Source: an uncultured Janthinobacterium sp.
GTDB taxonomy: Bacteria; Vulcanimicrobiota; Vulcanimicrobiia; Vulcanimicrobiales; Vulcanimicrobiaceae
Reading direction: 5' to 3'
NCBI GenBank assembly: GCA_964658025.1
Contig: CAZZXB010000051.1
Coordinates: 1 to 19,538 of the forward strand
Length of the DNA stretch: 19,538 nt
Made by a program: the position numbers and the translations under genes. Positions 9,121-17,092 of the stretch are shown in pieces. The notes beneath the pieces are model-generated. The model did no database searches, was not told the origin of the DNA, and worked only from the letters and a program-made list of their open reading frames with translations. Numbering within the stretch: position 1 is the first letter of the stretch; each line of letters begins with the position of its first letter.

Positions 9121-10698
9121 GTGGCTACCGATATCGGAAGCCTCCCACCCATCACTTCGAGCCGTTCCGATGCGTCCAATCCGTTACGCGCCGGTCTCGA
9201 TTCCAATCGCATCGCCGATCCCTGTAACGTCGTCTTCTTCGGCGCGAGCGGCGATCTCACGAAGCGGATGCTCGTTCCGGCGATGTACAATCTTCGCCTC
9301 GGCGGCATCCTGCCGACACAGTACGGCATCGTCGGATTCTCGCGCTCCGAGGTCTCCGACGACGAGTTCCGGACGCAGATGAAAACGGCCGTCGACGAGT
9401 TCTCGCGTTCGGGCCCCGCGAAGGAACCGCTCTGGCAAGATTTCGCGGATCGTTTGAGCTACGTCTCGGGCGATCTCGACGACGTCGAGAGTTTCCGTCG
9501 ACTCAAGGCGACGCTCGACCGCAACGACGCCGAACTGGGCACGGGCGGCAATCGCCTCTACTATCTCTCGACGCCGCCGAGCGTCTTTTCCAAGATCGTC
9601 GCCGGGCTCGCGGCCGCGGGGCTCGGGCCCAAGGATCAAGAGACCGGGTGGTCGCGCATCATCATCGAGAAACCGTTCGGAACGAGTCTCGAGTCGGCGC
9701 GCGATCTGCAGAACGACGTCACGAAGGTCTTCGACGAAAAGCACATCTATCGGATCGATCACTACCTCGGCAAGGAACCCGTTCAAGACATCGTCGCGCT
9801 GCGCTTCGCGAACTTCATGTTCGAACCGATCTGGAACCGCCGCTACATCGATTGCGTGCAGATCACGGCGGCGGAGACGGTCGGCGTCGAGGGTCGCGGC
9901 GGTTATTACGAAAGCGCGGGGGCGCTGCGCGACATGATCCAAAATCACGTGATCAATCTCCTCGCGCTCGTCGCCATGGAGCCGCCGATCTCGCCGAGCG
10001 CCGACCACATCCGCGACGAAAAGTTCAAGGTGCTCTCGGCGCTCCGTCCGCTCTCGCTCGACGACGTCTCGCGCGTCACCGCGCGCGGACAATACGGACC
10101 GGGCCTCATCGACGGAAAAGCCGTTCCGGGCTATCGCGAGGAAGCGAGCGTCGATCCGCACTCCGTCACGGAGACGTACGCGAGCGTGAAGCTCGTGATC
10201 GATAACTGGCGTTGGGCGGGCGTGCCGTTCTATCTGCGTAGCGGAAAACGACTCGCGCGCAAGCACTCCGAGATCGCCGTCCGTTTCAAGTCGATCCCGC
10301 ACCGCATCTTCGGCGAATCGGGCGATCAGATCGAATCGAACACGCTCGTCATGAAGATCCAACCCGAAGAGGGCGTCTCGATTCGCTTCAACGCCAAAGT
10401 TCCGGGGCCGAAGATGCACATCCGCGGCGTCACGATGGACTTCAACTACGGGACGGGATTCGGCGTCGTCTCCGCACCCGCGTACGAACGGTTGATCGGC
10501 GACGCGATGCGCGGCGACGCGACGCTCTTCACGCGCTGGGATGCGGTCGAGCAAGCGTGGAAGATCGTCACCCCGATCATGGAACGCTGGGAACAATCGC
10601 CGATGATGGACTTTCCGAACTACCTCGCGGGGAGTCAGGGCCCCCAAAACGCGGACGCGCTCCTCGTCGCCGACGGCCGCGAGTGGAGACGGATCTGA
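9121..10698 (+). CDS. zwf: Glucose-6-phosphate 1-dehydrogenase
   Basis: FGASGDLTKR, IIEKPFG, YRIDHYLGKE, LRDMIQNH, RWAGVPFYLRSGKRL and AYERLI. GTG start at 9121 with SD GAGAGGAG at 9103-9110. Confidence 0.96.
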   Translation: MATDIGSLPPITSSRSDASNPLRAGLDSNRIADPCNVVFFGASGDLTKRMLVPAMYNLRLGGILPTQYGIVGFSRSEVSDDEFRTQMKTAVDEFSRSGPAKEPLWQDFADRLSYVSGDLDDVESFRRLKATLDRNDAELGTGGNRLYYLSTPPSVFSKIVAGLAAAGLGPKDQETGWSRIIIEKPFGTSLESARDLQNDVTKVFDEKHIYRIDHYLGKEPVQDIVALRFANFMFEPIWNRRYIDCVQITAAETVGVEGRGGYYESAGALRDMIQNHVINLLALVAMEPPISPSADHIRDEKFKVLSALRPLSLDDVSRVTARGQYGPGLIDGKAVPGYREEASVDPHSVTETYASVKLVIDNWRWAGVPFYLRSGKRLARKHSEIAVRFKSIPHRIFGESGDQIESNTLVMKIQPEEGVSIRFNAKVPGPKMHIRGVTMDFNYGTGFGVVSAPAYERLIGDAMRGDATLFTRWDAVEQAWKIVTPIMERWEQSPMMDFPNYLAGSQGPQNADALLVADGREWRRI

Positions 10699-11729
10699 TG
10701 TCGGCTCCGGTCGAAGAAACGCTCGGCGACGCGCCTTCCGCACTCGATCGTCTCCGTTACGCGCGCGCCGCCGCCGCCCCCGTCCCGGAGGGGATGCCCG
10801 CCGCGCACGTCGCGACGATGAACTTCATCGCGTTCGTCGACGACCCGGTCCATCGGCAGTGGGTTCTCGAACGCGCCGAGATCGTCGTCGCGAAAATTCC
10901 GGCGCGATTCATCGTCCTCGACTCGACGGACGCGACGCTCGGGTTTCGCGTTTCCGCGACGACCCGACGCGCCGGCGAGACGACGATCGTCACGGAACGG
11001 ATCGACGTCGGCGTCGGAACGATCGACCATGCGACGATCATCAGCCTCGTCGCGGAACTCACCGTCCCCGACGTTCCGACGGTGCTCTGGTGGAGCGGTG
11101 CGCGACTCTTGCGAAGCCGCACGTTCTCGGGGATCGCGGCGCAGGCGCAGACCGTGCTCGTCGACTCGTCGGGACAGGCGCGCGACGAGGAGACGGTCCG
11201 CGAACTCGGCGAGTTCGCCGAACGCTTTCCCAACGCGAGCCTCCAAGATCTCGCCTTCATGCGCCTCTTGCCGTGGCAGGACATCATCGCGCAGTTCTTC
11301 GACGATCCGGCGTTACGGGAGGATCTTTTTTCTATCGACTCGCTCGCGATCGAAAGCGGATCCGAAGCGGAAGCGCTGTATCTCGCGGGTTGGCTCGCGA
11401 GCCGTCTCTCGTGGGAGCCCGCGGGGCACGACTCGTTTCGCGACCGACGCGGCAACACCGTGGCGCTCCGTCGCAAACATCGCGGCGATCAGCGTCGCGT
11501 GCTCTCGGTCGTGCTGACGTCGGGAGCGTCGACGTATCGTGCCGAGATCTGCGCGGGCGACGAGCAGGTCGTGTGCCTGACGATCGACGGTCCCAAGGCG
11601 CGTCCGATGTGGCACGTGCCCCTGCAGAACATCGACAACATCTCGCTCATCGAGCGTGCCATCCTCGAGCGCGATTCGGATCAGATCTTCGACACGTCGT
11701 TGCTCGCGGTTCGCGACTTGTTGCGATGA
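10698..11729 (+). CDS. opcA: Glucose-6-phosphate dehydrogenase assembly/effector protein OpcA
   Basis: ATG overlaps the zwf stop (TGATG). Motifs PARFIVL, PDVPTVLWW, LVDS, DLAFMRLLPWQ..IAQFFD and LAGWLASRLSW; position between zwf and pgl. Confidence 0.9.
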   Translation: MSAPVEETLGDAPSALDRLRYARAAAAPVPEGMPAAHVATMNFIAFVDDPVHRQWVLERAEIVVAKIPARFIVLDSTDATLGFRVSATTRRAGETTIVTERIDVGVGTIDHATIISLVAELTVPDVPTVLWWSGARLLRSRTFSGIAAQAQTVLVDSSGQARDEETVRELGEFAERFPNASLQDLAFMRLLPWQDIIAQFFDDPALREDLFSIDSLAIESGSEAEALYLAGWLASRLSWEPAGHDSFRDRRGNTVALRRKHRGDQRRVLSVVLTSGASTYRAEICAGDEQVVCLTIDGPKARPMWHVPLQNIDNISLIERAILERDSDQIFDTSLLAVRDLLR

Positions 11730-12457
11730 GCGCCGCCGACGCGGAGATCGCCGTCGTAGACGACGCGACGGCGCTCTCGCGCGCGCTCGCCGACACGATC
11801 CTGACGTGCGCGCGCGCCGCCCTCGACGCGCGTGGCACGTTCGATATCGCGCTCTCGGGCGGATCGACGCCGAAAGCCGCGTATCGCCTGCTCGCGGCCG
11901 AGCCGGACGCGCTCGATTGGAAGCGCGTGCGCTTCTTCTTCGGCGACGAACGCTGCGTGGCGCCGACGAGCGACGAGTCGAACTATCACACGGCGCGAAC
12001 GATGTTGTTCGATCCGCTCGGGATCGCGCTCGATCGCGTGTTCCGGATGCGCGGCGAGATCGATCCGAACGAAGCGGCGCGCGACTACGCGACGATCCTC
12101 TCGCGCGAACTCGGCGCGTCGCCCGCATTCGATCTCGTGGTCCTCGGGCTCGGTCCCGACGCGCACACGGCATCGCTCTTCCCCGGAACCGATCCCGAGA
12201 CGGATGCCGCGCGACTCGTTCGCGCGCCGTGGGTGGAAAAGTTTTCGACGCATCGCCTGACGATCACGCCGACGGTCATCAACGCCGCGCGCGACGTCGT
12301 GTTCGCGACGGCGGGCGAGGAAAAGGCCGAGGCGCTCTACGACGTTCTCGAAGGCGATTTCGATCCGACGCGATTCCCCGCGCAGATCGTCCGTCCCGAG
12401 CCCGGTCGCGTTCGCTGGCTCGTCGACCGCGCCGCCGCGGCCCGTATCGGTCGCTAA
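11726..12457 (+). CDS. pgl: 6-phosphogluconolactonase
   Basis: IALSGGSTP, FFGDERCV, SNY, DLVVLGLGPDAHTASLFP and RLTIT. ATGA overlap with the opcA stop. Confidence 0.95.
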   Translation: MSAADAEIAVVDDATALSRALADTILTCARAALDARGTFDIALSGGSTPKAAYRLLAAEPDALDWKRVRFFFGDERCVAPTSDESNYHTARTMLFDPLGIALDRVFRMRGEIDPNEAARDYATILSRELGASPAFDLVVLGLGPDAHTASLFPGTDPETDAARLVRAPWVEKFSTHRLTITPTVINAARDVVFATAGEEKAEALYDVLEGDFDPTRFPAQIVRPEPGRVRWLVDRAAAARIGR

Positions 12458-12461
12458 CCGG

Positions 12462-12604
12462 CGCGGATGCGCGGGCGTCGCATCCGCGATAGCGCCGCGG
12501 TCCGCGTATCGTGCGGACGCATCGGTCACGAACGTCGAAACGACCGAATCCTAAAGAATTCGGTCGTTCCGTGCTCGGTCGGTCGGATCGGAACGGATCG
12601 ACCG
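12462..12604. repeat. Cluster of palindromes/hairpins between convergent genes (terminator- or REP-like)
   Basis: CGCGGATGCG/CGCATCCGCG (12462-12488), AACGACCGAAT/ATTCGGTCGTT (12539-12568) and CGGTCGGTC/GATCGACCG (12576-12604). Confidence 0.55.
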
Positions 12605-12652
12605 TTATTGCTTCGACACGATTCGGGCGCGCCGTCGCCCCGGTGCGTTCGA

Positions 12653-13024
12653 CTAACGCATCGCCGTCGGCGGATTGCTCACGCTTCGGAGCCGGTCGGC
12701 GAATCGCACGAACAAGCGATTCACGGCCCGCTTCTCGACCTCGCGCGTCGGTGCGTTTCCGGCCTGCGAACGCTCCACGCCGGTCTGCCCGAGCGCGAAA
12801 TTCGCGTAGTGCTCCGCGGGTCGACCGGTTCCGAGAAACCGGCCCCCGTCGTCGAAGTTTAGCGTGAACTGTCCGGCGTTCGGGTCCTGATTCGAAGGCG
12901 CCCCGGCGAACGGGACGGGCGGAATCGGAACCGCCGCCGCCGGCGGATCGGCTTGTGCCGCGAGCGGCACCGCGCATGCGGCCGCGGTCAACGCTACGAT
13001 CAGGGTGGCCGCCCGGGTTTTCAT
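12653..13024 (-). CDS. Hypothetical exported protein (123 aa)
   Basis: ATG at 13024 is preceded by SD GAGGAG. Sec-type signal peptide MKTRAATLIVALTAAACAVPLAAQA followed by a Pro-rich mature N-terminus. No family recognised. Confidence 0.7.
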   Translation of the reverse strand: MKTRAATLIVALTAAACAVPLAAQADPPAAAVPIPPVPFAGAPSNQDPNAGQFTLNFDDGGRFLGTGRPAEHYANFALGQTGVERSQAGNAPTREVEKRAVNRLFVRFADRLRSVSNPPTAMR

Positions 13025-13106
13025 GGAGAATCTCCTCAGCATCACGATGAGGTCGATCTACCCTTCAAGGACGAACCTCTAACCTTTTTTTCCGAGCGAA
13101 GGCGTC

Positions 13107-14984
13107 CTACTTCGGAGCGCCGTCGGCGGGCGTCGTCGCTTTCCGTAAGAGATCCGGAACCGTGCCCTGCGGGCTCGTCCCGAGTTGCCGAACGTCGACG
13201 CCGTTCTTCGCGAGGATCGCTCCCGACACGCGATCGAGTTCGACGAGCGCGTTCTGTGCGTCGGTCTGTGCTTGGAGTTCGCGGCCCCGCGCGTTCGCGA
13301 GAAATACCTGACGTTGCAGTACGAGATACGTCGTCGACTCGCCGGCTCGGAACTTGCGGATCTCGCTCTCCTCGACGCGTTGCGCGGCGACGCGTGCCGA
13401 CGTCGCCGCGATCAGACGCGAGCGCGCGGAGCGGAAACCCTCGACGGCGTTCCGCGTCTCGACTTGGAGACGCTGGATGACGCCGAGTTCTCGCGTCACG
13501 ATCTGACGTCGCCCCTCCACGGCCGACTCGTACGTCGCACGTGCGGTTCGATCGCGGAGCGGAAATGCGATCGTCGCGCCGATCTGATACTCCGGATACT
13601 GTCCCGCGAGCGCGCTCTTGTAGGCCGTGCCGATGTTTCCCACGGAGTTCGGCGCGAGCGGTACGACGAGACCGGACGCCGAGATCGGGACGAGCGGCGC
13701 GACGCCCGCGCCCGCCGTGGCGTTGGAGCGCGCGATGAGCGCGTTGATCGCGGTGATCTGCTCCTGGAAGATCGACGTGAAGGGATTATTCGAAGCCGGG
13801 AGCGGCGCGCCCGCAAAACCGTTTTCGGTCACGCCGATCTTGAGATCGATCTGCGGTTTCGTCTGGTCGCGATCGTAGGCGATCGTCACGTCTTGGCTTC
13901 GCAGGTCGTCGCGCAGACGATCGATCTCCGGACGGTGCGCGAGCGCGGCGACCATGACGTCGTCGAGCTTCGGTTCCGCCGGAAGCGCACCGACCGGGGT
14001 CGTCGGCACGAGATTCGCCGTCCACGCGGGATCGGCGGGATCGGCGAGGACGAGCGCCTTGAGCTGGTTCTGGAGCGACGCGACGTTCTGGATCGCCGAG
14101 AACACGGCATCCTGAAACTCTTGCACCTGTTGGTCGGACTGTACGACGTCGACGGGAGCGGCGCTTCCGTGGCGCACGAGCCGACCGTTCGATTCGCTCT
14201 GCGCCTTCGCCTGACGGAGCGCGTCCTCTTGGATCGCGACGTTCTTCCACGCGGCGACGAGGTTGTCGTACGCCACGGAAACGTCGTCGATCGTGTTCGA
14301 AGCCGTCAGCAACGCTTCGTCCGACGAGACGCTCGCGTCGATCTTCGAGAGTTGGATCCGTTCGCGCACCTCGTCGATCGCGCGACCGCGCGCGAGCGGT
14401 TGCGAGTAACTGAGCGCGAACGCCGTCTCGTAATACGGATCGTAACTGTTGAGCGAGAGATTGTTGTCGATCCGCTGCGCGCTCGTGCTCGCGTCGATCC
14501 GGCCGCCCGAACCCGTGAGCCCCGAGACGCCGACGCGCGCGCCCGCCGTCACCGTCGTGAGCGGCGTTCCGTTCGGGCCCGCATTGAACGACGACACCGC
14601 CGGCTGTTGCGAATACGTGTACGACGGCGCGATCTGGAATTGCAGGTCGTAGGCACCGGCCGCGGCGACGATCCGGTACGCCGCGATCCGTCGATTCGAT
14701 TGCGAGACCGCGAGATCGGTATTGCGGGAGAGGCCCATTCCGACCGCGTCGGCGAGCGAGATCCCGACGAAGGGCCCGGTGACGCCGACGATGTCGCCTG
14801 CGGGTTGCGCGTCCGTCGTCGGCGGGGGCGTCTGCAGCGTCGGCACGGGCGGGAGCACGAGTTGCGTCCCTGCCGCGGGCTCCGGCGTGGCGATGAGCGC
14901 GGGCGTCGCGCGTGGGACGGGCGTCGCCGCGACTTCGTTCGGGCGTGGCGACGCGAGCGCCGCCACGACGAGGAGTGCCATCAT
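13107..14984 (-). CDS. TolC-family outer membrane efflux protein
   Basis: Signal-like N-terminus, ISLADAVGMGLSRNTDL, YSQPLARG, ALAHRPEI, KPQIDL, IAFPLRDR, and EIRKFRAGESTTYLVLQRQ...ALVELDRVSG (two OEP repeats). Directly downstream of the HlyD gene. Confidence 0.9.
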   Translation of the reverse strand: MMALLVVAALASPRPNEVAATPVPRATPALIATPEPAAGTQLVLPPVPTLQTPPPTTDAQPAGDIVGVTGPFVGISLADAVGMGLSRNTDLAVSQSNRRIAAYRIVAAAGAYDLQFQIAPSYTYSQQPAVSSFNAGPNGTPLTTVTAGARVGVSGLTGSGGRIDASTSAQRIDNNLSLNSYDPYYETAFALSYSQPLARGRAIDEVRERIQLSKIDASVSSDEALLTASNTIDDVSVAYDNLVAAWKNVAIQEDALRQAKAQSESNGRLVRHGSAAPVDVVQSDQQVQEFQDAVFSAIQNVASLQNQLKALVLADPADPAWTANLVPTTPVGALPAEPKLDDVMVAALAHRPEIDRLRDDLRSQDVTIAYDRDQTKPQIDLKIGVTENGFAGAPLPASNNPFTSIFQEQITAINALIARSNATAGAGVAPLVPISASGLVVPLAPNSVGNIGTAYKSALAGQYPEYQIGATIAFPLRDRTARATYESAVEGRRQIVTRELGVIQRLQVETRNAVEGFRSARSRLIAATSARVAAQRVEESEIRKFRAGESTTYLVLQRQVFLANARGRELQAQTDAQNALVELDRVSGAILAKNGVDVRQLGTSPQGTVPDLLRKATTPADGAPK

Positions 14985-14991
14985 CGCTTCG

Positions 14992-16365
14992 TTACTTGAC
15001 CTTCACGGAGGCTTCGACGGAGAGTCCGGACCGCAGGGGATATTTCGGATCGGGATGATCGAAGACGATACGGACCGGGAGCCGTTGCGTGACCTTCACG
15101 AAATTGCCCGTCGCGTTCTGCGCGGGGACGAGACTGAATTTATTCTGCGACGCGGGTCCGAGATTCTCGACGTGGCCGACGAATTTCACGCCCTTGTATG
15201 CGTCCACGTTGATGTCGACTTCGTCGCCGACGTGCATGTGGCCGATCTGCGTTTCTTTGAAATTCGCGGTGATGTACGCGGTGCTCTCCGGCACGAGCGT
15301 GAGGAGCGACTCGCCCGCCGCGACCGTCTGACCGATCTCGACGCTCTTCTGTCCGACGACGCCGTCGATCGGCGCGCGGATCTGCGTGTACGAGAGTCCG
15401 TCGGAGGCCGTCTTGAGTTGCGCGCCGAGCGACGACACCTGCGACTGTTGCGCGTTCGCGGTCGCCTGTTGCGCGGCGACGCGGCTCGGGGCACTCGATT
15501 CGGCGAGCTTCCCCTGCGCCGTCGTGAGCGCCGCCTGCTGCACGCCGATCTGAGCCGCTTCGCTCGACGCGACGAAGCGCTGCGACCCGACGCGTTCCTG
15601 CGCTTGCGCGAGCGACGCGTCGGCCGCGGCGACGTTCGCGAGCGCTTGCGCGTAGTTCGATCTCGCCTGTTGGTACGTCGCTTTCGCCGCGTCGAGTTGT
15701 TGCACGGCGACGTCGCCCGTAGAGACGAGCGAGACCGTCCGTCGGAGATCGGCGCCCGCCCGACGCAGATTCTGTAGCGCACCCGGCACGGCGTCTTGCG
15801 CGGCGCGGAGTTGCGCCGCGGCGGTATCGGCCGCGGCGACCGCGACCGAGACCTGCTTGTCCGCCGACCGCGCCTGCGCCGCCGCACCGACGATCCCCGC
15901 GCGCGCCTGATCGATCGCCCCGATGCTCTGCTGGTCTTGCGCGAGCTGGGTCGCGCGGGTGAGGACCACGTTCGACTGCGCGGCCCGCGTGGTGGCGCGC
16001 TGCGCGTCGACCGCCGCGAGCGCCTGCGCGTAGCGATTGCGCTCGTCCGTATCGTCGAGCGAGATCAAGAGTTGACCGCGACGGACGTGACGGTTCGTAT
16101 CGGTGTAGATCCGCTCGACGCGTTCGGCGATCTTACTCGTGATCTGCACTTCGTCCGAATCGATCGTCGCATCGTCCGTCGTCTCGTGCGTCGACGCGTA
16201 GGCGACGAACTGCACCGCGTACACGATCGCGATCAATAAGACGACGACCGCACCCACGATGAGCGCGATGCGGACGGCGGGACTCGGCCCGGTGCGCGCT
16301 TTCGTATCGGGTGCGGCATCGCCGCGGGTGCCCGCCGGCACCGGACCTTGACGTGTCCCTTCCAT
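14992..16365 (-). CDS. HlyD/EmrA-family membrane fusion protein
   Basis: N-terminal TM anchor, ETTDDATI, Ala/Gln coiled coil, YTQIRAPIDGVV, ANFKETQI and FSLVPAQNATGNFVKVTQRLPVRI (EmrA signature). Confidence 0.93.
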   Translation of the reverse strand: MEGTRQGPVPAGTRGDAAPDTKARTGPSPAVRIALIVGAVVVLLIAIVYAVQFVAYASTHETTDDATIDSDEVQITSKIAERVERIYTDTNRHVRRGQLLISLDDTDERNRYAQALAAVDAQRATTRAAQSNVVLTRATQLAQDQQSIGAIDQARAGIVGAAAQARSADKQVSVAVAAADTAAAQLRAAQDAVPGALQNLRRAGADLRRTVSLVSTGDVAVQQLDAAKATYQQARSNYAQALANVAAADASLAQAQERVGSQRFVASSEAAQIGVQQAALTTAQGKLAESSAPSRVAAQQATANAQQSQVSSLGAQLKTASDGLSYTQIRAPIDGVVGQKSVEIGQTVAAGESLLTLVPESTAYITANFKETQIGHMHVGDEVDINVDAYKGVKFVGHVENLGPASQNKFSLVPAQNATGNFVKVTQRLPVRIVFDHPDPKYPLRSGLSVEASVKVK

Positions 16366-16366
16366 G

Positions 16367-16993
16367 CTACTTCGATCGAACTCCGTTGAGAAAGATGTCT
16401 ACCATACTCGCGACGACGTGGTCTTGCGTCAGATCGCGCGGTTCGTTCCAGAGCGCCCGCGCCATCACGTACGAAAACGGGAGCGAGAGAAAGGTTCTCG
16501 CGAGCGCGTCGGGATCGCCGCGAAGCTCACCCGTCCGCGTCTTCGCCGCGAAATACTCGTTCAGTAACCGACGCGCGGCCGCGGGCGCGCGCCAGGCGAA
16601 TCGGTGGGCCGCCGGATTCGTGATCTCCTCGGCCATCGCGACTTTGATGAGGTTCTCCTTACGTCGGAGCGAGTCGATCGCGGCCGCCGCGAGATCGCCG
16701 AGTTGGCGTTCGATCGGAGCGGAAGCGTCGAGACGGCCGAACGCGTCGGCGACGGTCGACGATTCGGAAAAGTGTTCGATCATCGTGGAAATCAGTTGTC
16801 GCTTCGTTCCGAAGTGGCGGAATAACGTTGCTTCGTTCACGTTCGCGCCGTTCGCGACGGCGCGCGTCGTCGTGCCCCGACTCCCGACGCGTTCGTAGAG
16901 CTCGCGCGCGGAGGCGAGGATCCGCTCGCGCGTCTCGCCGACGGAGACGGTCCGCGTCCCCGCGTGATGCCCCTTCGCGGAGTGGGCGATCAC
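16367..16993 (-). CDS. TetR/AcrR-family transcriptional regulator
   Basis: HTH region TRERILASARELYERVGSRGTTTRAVANGANVNEATLFRHFGTKRQL and C-terminal VDIFLNGV. Start at GTG 16993 is inferred; the 459-aa ORF is over-extended. Confidence 0.9.
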   Translation of the reverse strand: MIAHSAKGHHAGTRTVSVGETRERILASARELYERVGSRGTTTRAVANGANVNEATLFRHFGTKRQLISTMIEHFSESSTVADAFGRLDASAPIERQLGDLAAAAIDSLRRKENLIKVAMAEEITNPAAHRFAWRAPAAARRLLNEYFAAKTRTGELRGDPDALARTFLSLPFSYVMARALWNEPRDLTQDHVVASMVDIFLNGVRSK

Positions 16994-17037
16994 GGAGCGG
17001 TTCGGGCGCGAGGCAGACGACGCGGTCGTGAATCCAT
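16990..17037 (-). other. Putative 15-codon leader uORF MDSRPRRLPRARTAP
   Basis: ATG at 17037 to TGA at 16990. The stop overlaps the tetR GTG (GTGA), and the uORF begins just downstream of the predicted promoter. Confidence 0.4.
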
Positions 17038-17046
17038 CTTCGAGCG

Positions 17047-17090
17047 ACGGTAACACAGGACGCGAAGGCCGTGCAAGCACATACACGCAT
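17047..17090 (-). promoter_or_regulatory. Sigma70-type promoter for tetR-hlyD-tolC with an overlapping degenerate palindrome (candidate TetR operator)
   Basis: Minus strand: -35 TTGCAC (17076-17071), 18-bp spacer, extended -10 TGt-TACCGT (17052-17047). Imperfect palindrome GTGCAAGCAC/ATACACGCAT at 17071-17090. Confidence 0.5.
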
Positions 17091-17092
17091 AG

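Noticed and set aside
4619..10743. Long antisense ORFs (482, 360, 504 and 519 aa) opposite tkt, tal-pgi and zwf
   Set aside because: Shadow ORFs caused by high GC and codon bias; Arg-rich, no motifs, and lying almost entirely opposite well-supported genes.
12458..12652. Possible CRISPR array or tRNA
   Set aside because: No equal-length direct repeats with spacers, no cas genes, and no cloverleaf or T-loop consensus.
12279..12977. Alternative ORFs over the pgl-hypothetical intergenic region (232, 131 and 118 aa)
   Set aside because: No SD, atypical composition, and overlap with the better-supported signal-peptide ORF and the hairpins.
13185..14999. 604-aa plus-strand ORF opposite tolC
   Set aside because: Antisense shadow with no recognisable domain.
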